64,000 nucleotides of DNA from Macrostomum lignano (lineage: Eukaryota), in NCBI GenBank assembly GCA_002269645.1, contig NIVC01002655.1, forward strand, positions 1 to 64,000, read 5' to 3'. The stretch's first letter is position 1, and each line of letters opens with the position of its first letter. The notes beneath the pieces are model-generated. The model saw nothing but the letters and a program-made list of their open reading frames with translations, did not search any database and was not told the DNA's origin. A program made the translations under genes and the position numbers. This document shows positions 1 to 11,834 of the stretch, piece by piece.

Positions 1-99
1 TAACTATTATATCAGCCTTAGCTTCTAAGACTCAGAAAAGCCAAAGCCGAAAACCGGCCGACACTTGCTTAAAATTCAAAAAGGGCACTTGCTGGATCA

Positions 100-157
100 T
101 GCTAAAAAGTGAGGGGGCTCCAGCCCCCCCCGTGCCCTCCCGGTTCCGACACCCCTG
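100..157. mobile_element. Right end of a probable non-autonomous DNA transposon
   Basis: GGGGGCTCCAGCCCCCCCC...CCCGGTTCCGACACCCCTG terminus of the CAGGGG-type; the partner end lies outside the window. Confidence 0.45.
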
Positions 158-347
158 AGTCAGCTTGCTGATAAGTAATTTTTCGTACATTTTACATTAG
201 TCGCGTAGTGTGATTTTCGGTAAAAAGAATATCAAAGGATCAAATCTAGTACAGTTGGACCACTAGAAAAAGTATACTCATCATCGTACACACAATGTTA
301 CTGCTACTTTGTGGTCCTTGATCTACATGTCCTTGGTCCTTGGTCCT

Positions 348-1088
348 TGTCGCCAACGGGGGGGGGGACAGGGGGACCACATGCCCCCCAGTAAAAGATC
401 TTGGGGGATACAATTTGTCCCCGCAGTACCCCACCTTGCATTTGTGACCCCGTAATATATATTTATGGAAATCAATAAATTTGCTGCAGGGCGACAAAAC
501 ATAGTGCTTGCGGCGCTAAAATGAGTGCCTGCCGCGCTAAAATGAGTGCCTGCGGCGCTAAAATGAGTGCCTGCCGCGCTAAAATGAGTGCCTGCCGCGC
601 TAAAATGAGTGCCTGCCGCGCTAAAATGAGTGCCTGCCGCGCTAAAATGAGTGCCTGCCGCGCTAAAATGAGTGCCTGCCGCGCTAAAATGAGTGCCTGC
701 CGCGCTAAAATGAGTGCCTGCCGCGCTAAAATGAGTGCCTGCCGCGCTAAAATGAGTGCCTGCCGCGCTAAAATGAGTGCCTGCCGCGCTAAAATGAGTG
801 CCTGCCGCGCTAAAATGAGTGCCTGCCGCGCTAAAATGAGTGCCTGCCGCGCTAAAATGAGTGCCTGCCGCGCTAAAATGAGTGCCTGCCGCGCTAAAAT
901 GAGTGCCTGCCGCGCTAAAATGAGTGCAGCTGCAGCGCTAAACTGAGTGCGCCTGCGGCGCTAAAAAAATCAGTGCTAACAACACCGATTCTGAAAATAT
1001 TGTATACATGTAAAGAATTTAGTAGTCTATGTACATGTATAATTATTGGCTTTGTCCCCCCACCATAAAATCCATGGCGACACCCCTG
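348..1088. mobile_element. Probable MITE with a damaged left end, containing a 21-bp array
   Basis: Right end TGGCGACACCCCTG (about 1075-1088); left TGTCGCCA plus a G-tract, preceded by GTCCTTG repeats that replace the terminal bases. No TSD is visible. Confidence 0.35.
509..965 (+). repeat. 21-bp minisatellite (GCTAAAATGAGTGCCTGCCGC)n
   Basis: About 20 near-identical head-to-tail units; explains the MSACRAK ORF. Confidence 0.97.
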
Positions 1089-2223
1089 CATGTAACAATT
1101 ATGTATAGTGCATGTGCAGTAATAATCAATTGCAATTTTTGCTGCAGATAATTAGCTCATTAGATCTTTAATTTCGCGTGTGAATAGTTCTAGCTCGATC
1201 GGTTGGTTTTGGGAGTGCATAGATAATATATAACTAGTGTAGCTATAGCCTCTATTCTGGAAGCTTCTGCCACTCTCCCCATATGGCATATACTAAAAAT
1301 AGTAACATTCTTGAAATTTAATTCTCTCGCGCATCCCAAGGCTATACTAGATGTAAAAGCACCCCTACTTTACTAAAACCAAGACTCTCTCTCTTCTCTG
1401 TCTCACTAGCTCGGATTGCTACTTGCGCTTATAATGCAAATACACACTTCTCCTCTCTGCGAGCACTCTGTCGGCCTGGTAAACGTACTAACCAATCGAA
1501 GTCTGTTCGTTCGATCTATTTACCAGAAATACAACAGTGTAACCCCAGGGACGCTTAAAAAATTAATGCGCTTATGAAATTTCGTCAAAAGAGTTCAACA
1601 GCTCATCCAGCACTTCATTAGTTTAAACTAATGATCACAAAAACACAATTGTGCAAAAACGAGTGAGCTCATCGTCAAACTGTTCAGCCGATACATTTAC
1701 ACTCACAGGTACAAAGGAAATATATATGTACTTAGCAATAAGAATAATTTAAAATTTGCACCTAAGAAAGGAGTTTTTAAAAAGTGTAGTCATGCAAGAC
1801 TGAAAAACAGAAGCCAATATTACATCTTCTTTTGTTAAAATTTTTTAAACCGAAAACTTTGTCTTTTAAAATAACAGTCACATAGTACTAAGTTTCAATT
1901 GGCCTAATTCATCACGCAGTTGAGTTGATTGTCTGACTCCCTTGTCTGAAAGTATAGTCCATTTTATTTATAAGTCATATATACACTAGTTATGTCAACT
2001 TACTAACTTGTTTTTTTAGCTAATTTTTTAATTAATAAACGTGATAGTGATCTTGTATTATTAGGCTAGTGGTTAGGCCTGGCCTGATATAGTGATATAG
2101 TATAGGCCTACATTGTTAGTTATTGATTGATACTAGCTAAAAAGAGTTAAGCCTGTAACAGTAGGCATAGTCGAGAAGAATCAATTAGTCAATAACAAAA
2201 TACAAAAGCTTGCATTCTTAAAT

Positions 2224-5200
2224 ATGATTATTTCTAAAGAGGAAGCTGCTAAAATTCTCTGTGTTTTACCAGGTAAGCCAAGGTGTCAATCTAATTATGC
2301 CATGGTACCAATTATATTTAGCCTAGTCCAAACTCTTTAAATAGTAAAAATATTCAAGAGGGCCTATTCTTAGCATTAGGCCATTATATAGGCGTATATT
2401 GCATGTTGCTTAGGTAACTAAGATTTTTGGGATAGGTTCTATCATCTATGTATAGGTTTTATTTTACTCTTAGTCTTAAGTTTTTAAATTCTAATTAGAA
2501 AGTTGATGATACTCTATCAATTTTCCCTTTTGTGTGTTAAATATATTTGAATAAAATCTAAAAAATAATAGTTAATATAATAAGAAAGATTTAATTAACT
2601 AGGCCTAACTAATCTATATGCTTATTTATTTATTTTTCTATAATGGGCCTATGCTTTTTATAAATGCATTTTGTCATTGTGTGCCTTTAAGCTACTTAAG
2701 GCTTAATAGGGGGATTTAAGAAGCTAATTCAAGCCCTACCTTTAAGCAACAATAACTATTTAAAATACCTGGTTAGGCTAGATTAAAATAATGAAATGTC
2801 TAAGAATTAATAGATCTCGACTTTTAAGTCTATGTCTTTACAAATATAGACAAATCATTTGAACCTCATATCTAATGTCTAAGCTAGTCTTCTAAGAGAT
2901 ACATTAGCTATCAAAGAAATATACTGTATTAATATATTGAATCTATTGTTTTTTGTTTTTATTTAGTGGCTATATTAATTTTAAAATCTTCAACCATTGA
3001 AAATAGATTCAGAAAGTCAAAGTTCCTTTAACTACTATGAATTTTAATGCCTTTGTGTGACTGAAAACACTACATAGTATCTATTTTTATATAATTATCT
3101 TTCTTTAGTATAATGATCAATCTCAAATATAGTCAATTGCAAAAAAAGTATAATTGTCTCTGTTAGTTGGAAATTTTAATAATTAAATTATTTTTTTATT
3201 ATTTATAGATGCCTCTGAGACAGAGATCAAGTCTGCATACCGCAGGCTAGCACTGCAGTATCATCCAGACAAATGCCTGCCAGAAGAACAAGAAGCTGCT
3301 ACTAAGGTTTGTTAGCAATAGAATTCATGAGTCTGAAATTTTTCTGGTAGAACTCTTTACATTCCTCAATGGTATACAACTTTACAATCTCTACTGACAT
3401 CAAACTACCTTCCTTATTGACATCTATCCGACTCCACCTTCCCCGCTGACATCCAACTCCACTTTCCCCACTGACATCCGACTCCACCTTCCCCACTGAC
3501 ATCCAACTCCACTTTCCCCACTGACATCCAACTCCACCTTCCCCACTGACATCCAACTCCACCTTCCCCACTGACATCCAACTTATTTTGACACAGACAT
3601 GCTGAGCTTTTACTTTTGCCACAAATTAATGCTTGATATTTGCACAATCCACTTGCTCCAACATTCCTCTCGTAGAAGTTCCAAGAAATTTCCCTAGCCT
3701 ACAAGAAACTGACCAGCACCGACGATGAAGTTGACCGTTTGAAGGATAAATTTATGAATCCGGAATTCATCTGGTTACTGATTGATGCCATGACTAGGAC
3801 AGATTGTGAGCCATATCTCATTGCTTACTTGAGTTGCAAAAAGACTTTCCTGCAACTTTGAGCTTAATTAATCGATTTCGCACATTCCAGTTTCAGTTCT
3901 GTTTTTCTTTATGAACCACTCGGAGGATGTTGATGATTTTTATTGCGATGACGAAGATGAGGACTATTCTGACGGTGAGCGAGCATTTGTATTCCATGCG
4001 AACTTTTCTCTGTGAGATTATTCAAGTCTGACCCAGTTTTATTGGATATGACTGAAGGTCCGTCTGCTTAGGATTTGGGGACAACAGCCTCAGAATCTGA
4101 AGGTCCGTCTGCTTAGGGTGTGAGGACAGCAGCCTCAGAATCTGAAGGTCCGTCTGCTTAGAGTTTGGGGACAGCAGCCTCAGAATCTGAAGGTCCGTCT
4201 GCTTAGAGTTTGGGGACAACAGCCTCAGAATCTGAAGGTCCGTCTGCTTAGAGTTTGGGGACAGCAGCCTCAGAATCTGAAGGTCCGTCTGCTTAGAGTT
4301 TGGGGACAGCAGCCTCAGAATCTGAAGGTCCGTCTGCTTAGAGTTTGGGGACAGCAGCCTCAGGATCTGAAGGTCCGTCATTAGTATACGGTCAGCTTCA
4401 ATTCAATATTATTCTCGCTCGCAAACACGCAGACAGCGACAGCAGCTTCAATGACAACCCCAATTGGTACGAGTACTATCAATATCGCAGGCAATACCGG
4501 GATCAGAACTCCCCGATTACGCGTTTCAGCACTCTGTCGCCTGAGGTGAGTGTTGTGGGTTAAAGGAATTGTACTCATTCGTCTACTGATAAGTAGAAAG
4601 TATAGAGTGTGGCACTAAAAGCTTGCATTTCTGCACAAAGAAAAAGGTTCCGTTTAGTATAGTTTAATTAATAGGTGGTCCGATAGAACAGCCGAGGACA
4701 GAAACTGGTCGCGGGTTCGATTCCACTTTTAGCTGACTGATGACGCAACCAAATTGATTCATAATTCTTCGGTCCTCGGACCCGCAGGAGGCGGAAAAGC
4801 AGGCGAAGGAGCTGATCGAAGCGGAGGAGCGGGAGAAGCGTCGAGCCCAGCGTAAACAGGAGAAGCGTCGTAAGAAGCGTCAAAGGCGTGGCAAGAAGAA
4901 GCAGGAGCAGCAGCAACAGCAGGCGGCGGCGGCGGACTTGGCTGCCAAAAAGCAGGCGGCGACGGACTTGGCTGCCAAAAAGCAGGCGGCGGCGGACTTG
5001 GCTGCCAAAAAGCAGCAGCAGGAGAAAACTGCTGCTGCCGCTGCCACTGCGCCAGTAAAATCGCATGGGAGGAAAGATTCTGGCGAAGGTGGTCAGCAGC
5101 TAGGAGCTACGGCTGCCACTGACGATTCAAAGGATCAGGATGCATGCTCCGGTTCTAGTGGGGAAGATAGTTCTACTGGCGATATTGAAGAGGTAATAAA

Positions 5201-8200
5201 GACGGTATTTACTATTTGGTTTGTTTTTATGCGTTATGATTCGCTAGACCTGTTCTCAAGGCGAAGAACAGAAGAAAAAACGCGTGTTCAAATCTGGACA
5301 GATGATTTTTTTGAAAATTTGGGGTGGGGGGGTCACTGACCCAGCTGAGCTCACTGGCTGGGAGGGGCACTGACCCCAGCTGAGCTCACTGGCTGGGGGG
5401 GTCACTGACCCAGCTGAGCTCACTGGCTGGGAGGGGCACTGACCCAGCTGAGCTCACTGGCTGGGAGGGGCACTGACCCCAGCTGAGCTCACTGGCTGGG
5501 AGGGGCACTGACCCCAGCTGAGCTCACTGGCTGGGGGGGAGCACTGACCTCAGCTGAGTGACTGGCTAGGAGGAAGCACTGACCGCAGCTGAGTGACTGG
5601 CTAGGAGGAAGCACTGACCGCAGCTGAGTGACTGGCTGGGAGGAAGCACTGACCTCAGCTGAGTGACTGGCTGGGAGGGTGGCACTGACCTCAGCTGAGT
5701 GACTGGCTGGGAGGGGGCACTGACCTCAGCTGAGTGACTGGCTGGGAGGGGGCACTGACCTCAGCTGAGTGACTGGCTGGGAGGGGGCACTGACCTCAGC
5801 TGAGTGACTGGCTTGGAGGGGGGCACTGACCTCAGCTGAGTGACTGGCTGGGAGGGGGGCACTGACCTCAGCTGAGTGACTGGCTGGGAGGGGGCACTGA
5901 CCTCAGCTGAGTGACTGGCTGGGAGGGGGGCACTGACCTCAGCTGAGTGACTGGCTGGGAGGGGGCACTGACCTCAGCTGAGTGACTGGCTGGGAGGGGG
6001 CACTGACCTCAGCTGAGTGACTGGCTGGGAGGGGGGCACTGACCTCTGCTGAGTGACTGGCTGGGAGGAAGCACCAGTGGTGGGAGTGAGGAGTGCCCAT
6101 TTTTTTCGCGCCTACGATTTTTTTGCGCCGCAAGTTTTTTTGTGTCAATCTTTTTTTGCCATACATTGACTATATAATGTTCAAAAGAGTAACTCTGATG
6201 AAAAAAAACGATTGTTGTGTTGTTGCAACAGCTTGACTATAATTTAACATCGTAGTCGTAGACAATAGTGCGCCACTCGCACTCGTGGGTCTCGTGTATT
6301 GCATTTTATTAGGTCTTACAAATGAATTATTTAAATGAAAGTTATTGAATTGCTAAAGATTAAATTCGAAATAATCGTAACTTGCAATTTTTATATTTCA
6401 AGCTAGACTAAATCTAATATATGAAATCGAAAGCTCTATACGAGAGCGTATCTAACTTTGGAAGATGTCATTTTAAGCAAGTAAAAGGCAACTAACATAG
6501 CATTAGCCTTTCTGTTGAACGCTTTCTGGCAGAGGGTTCGACAATGACTGCTCAATAGCTCGACGCTTGAGCACCGTCTCAGTGATTTTCTCGGCCTGTT
6601 TCAGCTTCTTCTTCTGCAGCTTGTCTTGTCTGTGTCGCAGGTCGTCCAGCTCACGATCTCGGTCCTCCTTCGCCTTAGTCATTTCCAGCAACAGCTTCTG
6701 AGCGTCATCCCTCTGCTTCTGCTTCTTCTTTATCTGCTCGTTAGTCTCCAGAACAGAATTTTCTAAGTCTGTGAATGTCTTGCTTACGCTTTTCTCGTTT
6801 CGAATTTCGGAGAGGACACTCTTCTCGAGCTCTTCCCTCTTCTTGCGCTCCTCTTCTTGCTTCTCTTCTTCCAGCCGTCGGCGGTACGCAGCATAGGCGC
6901 TGTTGCACAGGTTCTGCAACCTAAGCGAGACTGGTAGCGTAGCAGCTGTCCAACATTTAGCAGCAAGGCAAGAGCGCGCGACGACTAGTGCCTTAATGGT
7001 GTGCGCTCCAGGACTGGAGCGCTTCTTTGTAACGACATCATTAAGATTGCTGAAAATTCTCTCGACTTCCGCGTTGCCGTGCGGCAAGACGAATAGCACA
7101 CGTACTATGCGCATAAGAAGTGGGCGATTGCCAACTGCGGCGACCTTTCCCCAGAAGTTACTAGCCGATTCGGATTCAATGTCTAACTCAGCAATCAGCA
7201 CATCTTGTTGATGAGCACGAGCCTCAACTCGCAACGTGTCGAGCTCGCTTGCTGTCATGATCGTCGGTAGCTGCCTGGCAATGGTATCAACCCACTGAAC
7301 AAACCGATCGTTTGTCTGCTTTTTCGGATCCAGCAGTTGGCAGGCACGAAGAGTGGAGCTGCTCAGCGGCAAATATTCAAAGAGTTTCTCTGTTCCCTTT
7401 ACAAAGAACGCTTTCACCAAAGCTAGACAGGCCTGTTGGTCACTAGCAGACATCTCAATGAAGAGACGCCTGGCCTGCTCCCCCATGCCGATTTGCAGAT
7501 GGGGCAGCCAAATCGAACTGTCCTTTAAATCCAGCTTCCAGACTTTGGCGGGTAGTTTGACTGGCGAGACAAAGCGCAACAGCCAGCAGCGTGTCAGGTC
7601 ATTTAGCACTTCGTACAGCCGGAATATGTGGCAGTCTTCTTGTTGGAACAACAGCTCGAACTTCTGCAGAGGACGCAAAACTTCGACCAAAAATAGAAGA
7701 AAAAATTCGACTTTGGGGTCACGAACTTGGACCTTGAGTGTGCTAAATTTTGCGCCATGCTCCTTAGTCGCGGAGTCGAAGAAGTACTTTTTAGAGGCTC
7801 TAACAGTCGCAAAACTCGTTCAACTACCGGCAACAGCTGCAGCCAACGGGTGTCAACTGGCCGAATAAATGCCAGCTTTCGCACTTCATCGAATTCAGTT
7901 GCAATGACATGTAAGCGGTCCTTTTCGTCGAGCGAAAACTTGAAGTGGCAATAGAGGTCGCGCACTAGTGTCTCTACGCTGAGACCTAAGTCCGAAGCGT
8001 CGCAAGCGTACTTCGCGGCGTTGTGGATGTGATGAAGGCTGCAGCCGCCTACATCAATGATATTTCGAAGGTCATCCCAAAGTCGAACTACTACTCCGCT
8101 CTTGGAGCCCCGCATGGTGTTGCAGCTGTCCGACATCACTCCGACACACTTTGACTTGTCGAGGTTGCACTCCGAAATCGTCTGCAAAACAGAAGCAGAA

Positions 8201-11200
8201 ATAGCTGCGGCAGTTGTAGAAGACAGCATAGGCAAATCTATGCAGACTGATTTGGCCTTCATGGTTTTTTCGGTACTATTTTCTGAAAGATATCGCAGAA
8301 GGATGCCGAGAAACTTTCCATTCTTATTGGCTTCATCAATTTGCACTGAAAAAAAGCCTGAGTCTGGTGACTTGCTGTTGCTGCAAACATCGGCCAGAAT
8401 AACCTCTTTCAGGTAGGGAAAGAGGCCGTGAGACACGAGGTAAGAAATCTTCGATCGATGAAGCTGCATTGCAGTCGGAAACTTGGAGTCGGGACAAATC
8501 GCACGTAAGTCCTCAACGGCGTCATCCTCAGACTCAAAGCTACGATTTTTAATAATAATCCTTGTGATAAAACGAATTTCCGAGACTTTCGCAGAGTGAC
8601 TTAAGTCGTTTGGCTCGCAAGACCCGTCAATACTCTGATCAGCCTGGCCTGCGGATGCCCCTGCCATCAACATCTTGAGGGAGCTGCTGCTCCGACGGGC
8701 CTTCGAAATTTCGCGATGACTTACTGCCTGCGAGTGGCTCTTAAAGTTTGTAATGCCACTTCGAAAAACAAAATCGACATTACACCAGGCACAATCTGCT
8801 TTAAAGTCGTCTCGCTTACGTGCCCAAAGACCAATGACGTCACCATTATAGTCGAGCTTATTCAACCAATCGTTGTTCCATTGAACACGCTTCGCCATGC
8901 TTAATTTTAATAACAATTGTCAGTAGCGCTGGAAGGAGAAAATGGAAGAGATGCTGTAGTGAAAACTATTAGTCTATGAGTGTTGTCTTAACTTGGTATT
9001 CAATTTTTAGTCACAACGGATTACTGATTTCCAAGAATAGAATAAGAATAAGTTTCGGTTCTATTTCTAAAAATGCTAAATAAAACTAAGACACTTAAAT
9101 GTCTGATAAAACTACAAAATTCTTCAGCATAACACAAGTTTATTTAAACAACAATAAGTTTACAAGTGAAAGTACAGCTGTAGGAGACACTGGGGGTGTG
9201 GCAGTCACTGGCAAAGTAAAGCAAAATCAGCTAACATTTTTCGCGCATTGAGCATAAAAAAAATCGCGCCTCGCCTCAGAAATCGCGCATTCGCGCCATT
9301 AATCCCGAAATTCGTGCCATTAATCCCGAAATTCGCGCCTCACTCCCACCACTGCACTGACCGCAGCTGAGTGACTGGCTGGGAGGGGGCACTGACCTCA
9401 GCTGAGTGACTGGCTGGGAGGGGGCACTGACCTCAGCTGAGTGACTGGCTGGGAGGGGGCACTGACCTCAGCTGAGTGACTGGCTGGGAGGGGGCACTGA
9501 CCTCAGCTGAGTGACTGGCTGGGAGGGGGCACTGACCTCAGCTGAGTGACTGGCTGGGAGGGGGCACTGACCTCAGCTGAGTGACTGGCTGGGAGGGGGC
9601 ACTGACCTCAGCTGAGTGACTGGCTGGGAGGGGGCACTGACCTCAGCTGAGCTGACTTAAGTTAAGCATTCTGCACCGAATTCAAATGGTGCATCTCTTT
9701 CTGAGGCAGTTTAATAAACCGCTGGTTCCTCTAATCTGTCACAGGAGGAGTTCGACGAAGCCTCCGCCTTCGTAGCCAGACGTGTCTCGAAAAACCAGCT
9801 GCCACAGCAGCAGCAGAAGCCATCGCAGAAGCAGCAACAAGCGCCAACTCAACAGCCTTCGCCGCCTCGGCCGACTCCCCGTCAGCAGCCGCCTCAACCG
9901 CCACCGCGCCAGCAGCCGCCTCAACCGCCGCCGCGCCAGCAGCCACCTCAACCGCCGCCGCGCCAGCAGCCGCCAGCCCCAGCGCCGCAGCCGTTGATGC
10001 AGCTGAACATCCCGGAGCCTTCGCCCAGCTACTCAACCGATCCGAAGCTCGAGGCCAGGCAGCGCGCCAAAGAGGGCAACCGATTGATGTCGACGCCGTT
10101 GGAGGATTTCTCCGCCGCCGCCGTCGAGTTCGCGGCCGCTATCAGGCTGGACCCCACCGACTGTCGGTATTACGGCAGCCGGGCGGCCTGCTACTACCGG
10201 CTCGGCCAGCTGGACCTCTGCGCCTCCGATGCCAAGCAGTCCGTGCAGCTCAGCCCGCAGTACGTCAAAGGATTTTACATTCTGGGCCAGGCCCAGGCTG
10301 ACCTCGGCCTGCACGCCGAAGCGGCAAACAGCTTCTCCTGCGTGGTCGCCCTCGACGCCGACGGCTGCGGCGACGCTTTGGAACGAATGCGCGAATCGCA
10401 GCTCGCCTGTCTGGAGAAGAGTCTCGGCCTTGATCGCGGCCTGTGCAGTCGGGCTCTGGACCTGGCCAATGGGGATATTGAAGCTGCGGCCAATCGCCTG
10501 CTTGCCGGGGCCGGCCTGCCTGAGCAGCAAGAGCAGCGGAAGCCTTTGAGTCCGCCGGTTCGGGGCAGCTACGCCAAGACTGCAGCCTCCGCCGCTTCAA
10601 CAAGTCGGCCAGTCGGTGTGCTGCGGCCTCGCAACAGTCAGCAGCCTCAACCATCAGCTAATAGCAGTTGCAGCATTGATGATGAAGACCAGTCTGCTGC
10701 TCCTAAACGGGCTAATTGCCTGCTGAGATCTCCACCCAAGCCTTTGCCTGGGGTAATTTGATGGTCAACTGACCCTACTGAAATTTCCCACTAATGTCTC
10801 CAACAATGGCCTCTAAGATTGTCCTAAAATCGCCTTTAAAGTCCATAAAATCCATAAATCCATAAATTAACCTCAAATCCTCTAAAGAATCGGAGTCGAA
10901 ATCCCTAAAGAATCCCAGTCAAAATCCCTAAAGAATCGCAGTGAAAATCCCTTAAGAATCCCAGTTAAATCCCTAAAGAATCGCAGTGAAAATCCCTAAA
11001 GAATCCCAGTTAAATCCCTAAAGAATCGCAGTGAAAATCCCTTAAGAATTCCAGTTAAATCCCTAAAGAATCGCAGTGAAAATCCCTAAAGAATCCCAGT
11101 TAAATCCCTAAAGAATCGCAGTGAAAATCCCTTAAGAATTCCAGTTAAATCCCTAAAGAATCGCAGTGAAAATCCCTTAAGAATTCCAGTTAAATCCCTA

Positions 11201-11601
11201 AAGAATCGGCTTCAAAATCACTAAAGAATCGCAGTCGAAGTTCCTTAAAGAATCGCCTTCAAAATCCCTAAAGAATCGCCTTCAAAATGCCTAAAGAATC
11301 ATCTTCGAAATCGTCTTTGTTAAAGAAGTGACCAAAACTCCCGTCCGCTCCGCAGGCCACCCCGGACAACCCGAATAACTGCCGGTCGCTGTGGGTTGGC
11401 AGCGTCAAAGCCGATGTCACCGAGGCTCAGCTACGCGCAGCTTTCATCCGCTACGGTCCAGTCTTGTCGCTCAAGATGGTGCACAGGTCTTGCTACGCCT
11501 TCGTGAACATGGCCACGCCTCAGGCTGCCGCGGCCGCCCGGGCCGGCCTCAACGGTCAAGTACTCGGCTCGCATAAAATTGTGGTCAGATATCAGATCTG
11601 A
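2224..11601 (+). CDS. TTC31: DnaJ-domain / TPR / UBA-like / RRM protein, TTC31-like (about 731 aa, 8 exons)
   Basis: Exons 2224-2272, 3209-3306, 3676-3805, 3897-3974, 4364-4545 (alternative in-frame acceptor at 4384), 4788-5192, 9745-10752, 11356-11601; all GT-AG and phase-compatible. J-domain ASETEIKSAYRRLALQYHPDKC...KFQEISLAYKKL. TTC31-type segments EEAEKQAKELIEAEEREKRRAQRKQEKR and EEFDEASAFV. TPRs FAAAIRLDPTDCRYYGSRAACYYRLGQ. UBA-like LGLDRGLCSRALDLANGDIEAAANRLL. RRM NCRSLWVGSV...CYAFVNM. The symbol is from family resemblance recalled from memory, not a search. Confidence 0.85.
3415..3585 (+). repeat. 25-bp minisatellite in intron 2 of the TTC31-like gene
   Basis: CTGACATCCAACTCCACYTTCCCCA units. 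Confidence 0.93.
4052..4379 (+). repeat. 45-bp minisatellite in intron 4, running into exon 5
   Basis: CTGAAGGTCCGTCTGCTTAGAGTTTGGGGACAGCAGCCTCAGAAT x7 plus a partial unit. Confidence 0.95.
5330..6074 (+). repeat. About 35-bp minisatellite, left part
   Basis: GACTGGCTGGGAGGGGGCACTGACCTCAGCTGAGT units containing the palindrome CTCAGCTGAG. Confidence 0.95.
6075..9354 (-). mobile_element. hAT-superfamily DNA transposon, near full length, inserted in intron 6 of the TTC31-like gene
   Basis: Perfect 17-bp TIRs CAGTGGTGGGAGTGAGG (6075-6091) and CCTCACTCCCACCACTG (9338-9354), CGCGCC-rich subterminal repeats, and an internal transposase. It interrupts a 35-bp minisatellite. Confidence 0.93.
6503..8898 (-). 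CDS. hAT-type DDE transposase (about 800 aa) split by a single-base frameshift near 7788-7792
   Basis: N-terminal C2H2/BED-like finger (CAWC...HSQAVSH), IDEANK, SDSCNTMRGSKSGV, CSLH (CxxH), DTRW and C-terminal LPHGNAEVERIFS. ORFs 7603-8916 and 6503-7690 join into one frame (LEPLKKYFFDS...VEVLRPLQ) if one A is added to the A5 run. ATG at 8898. Confidence 0.9.
9355..9655 (+). repeat. About 35-bp minisatellite, right part (continues after the transposon)
   Basis: Same unit as 5330-6074. Confidence 0.95.
10880..11300 (+). repeat. 22/23-bp alternating minisatellite in intron 7
   Basis: AAATCCCTAAAGAATCGCAGTGA alternating with AAATCCCTTAAGAATYCCAGTT. Confidence 0.9.
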
Positions 11602-11834
11602 CAGTCACTTGATGAATTGTTAACTCACTGCGACGGTTAAACATAATTAGCTCGGGTGTTCTTAAGTGTCTTCTGCTCCCGCAAAGTTTTCATGTTTGAG
11701 ACACGGTTTTTCATGCTTTTTTAGTAGTTTAGAAATTTTTCTCGAATTATCGCACCGTAGCCTACACGACCGTCCCAGATTCGGTTCATGACGGTCTAGC
11801 AGAGTCATTGTACATCATAGATAAGGCACTCCTC

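Noticed and set aside
4690-4730. tRNA gene suggested by GGTTCGATTCC
   Set aside because: Only a T-loop-like motif is present, with no cloverleaf; at most a SINE remnant.
7780-7800. Programmed ribosomal frameshift joining the two transposase ORFs
   Set aside because: There is no X XXY YYZ slippery heptamer (only five A); a one-base deletion or sequencing error is simpler.
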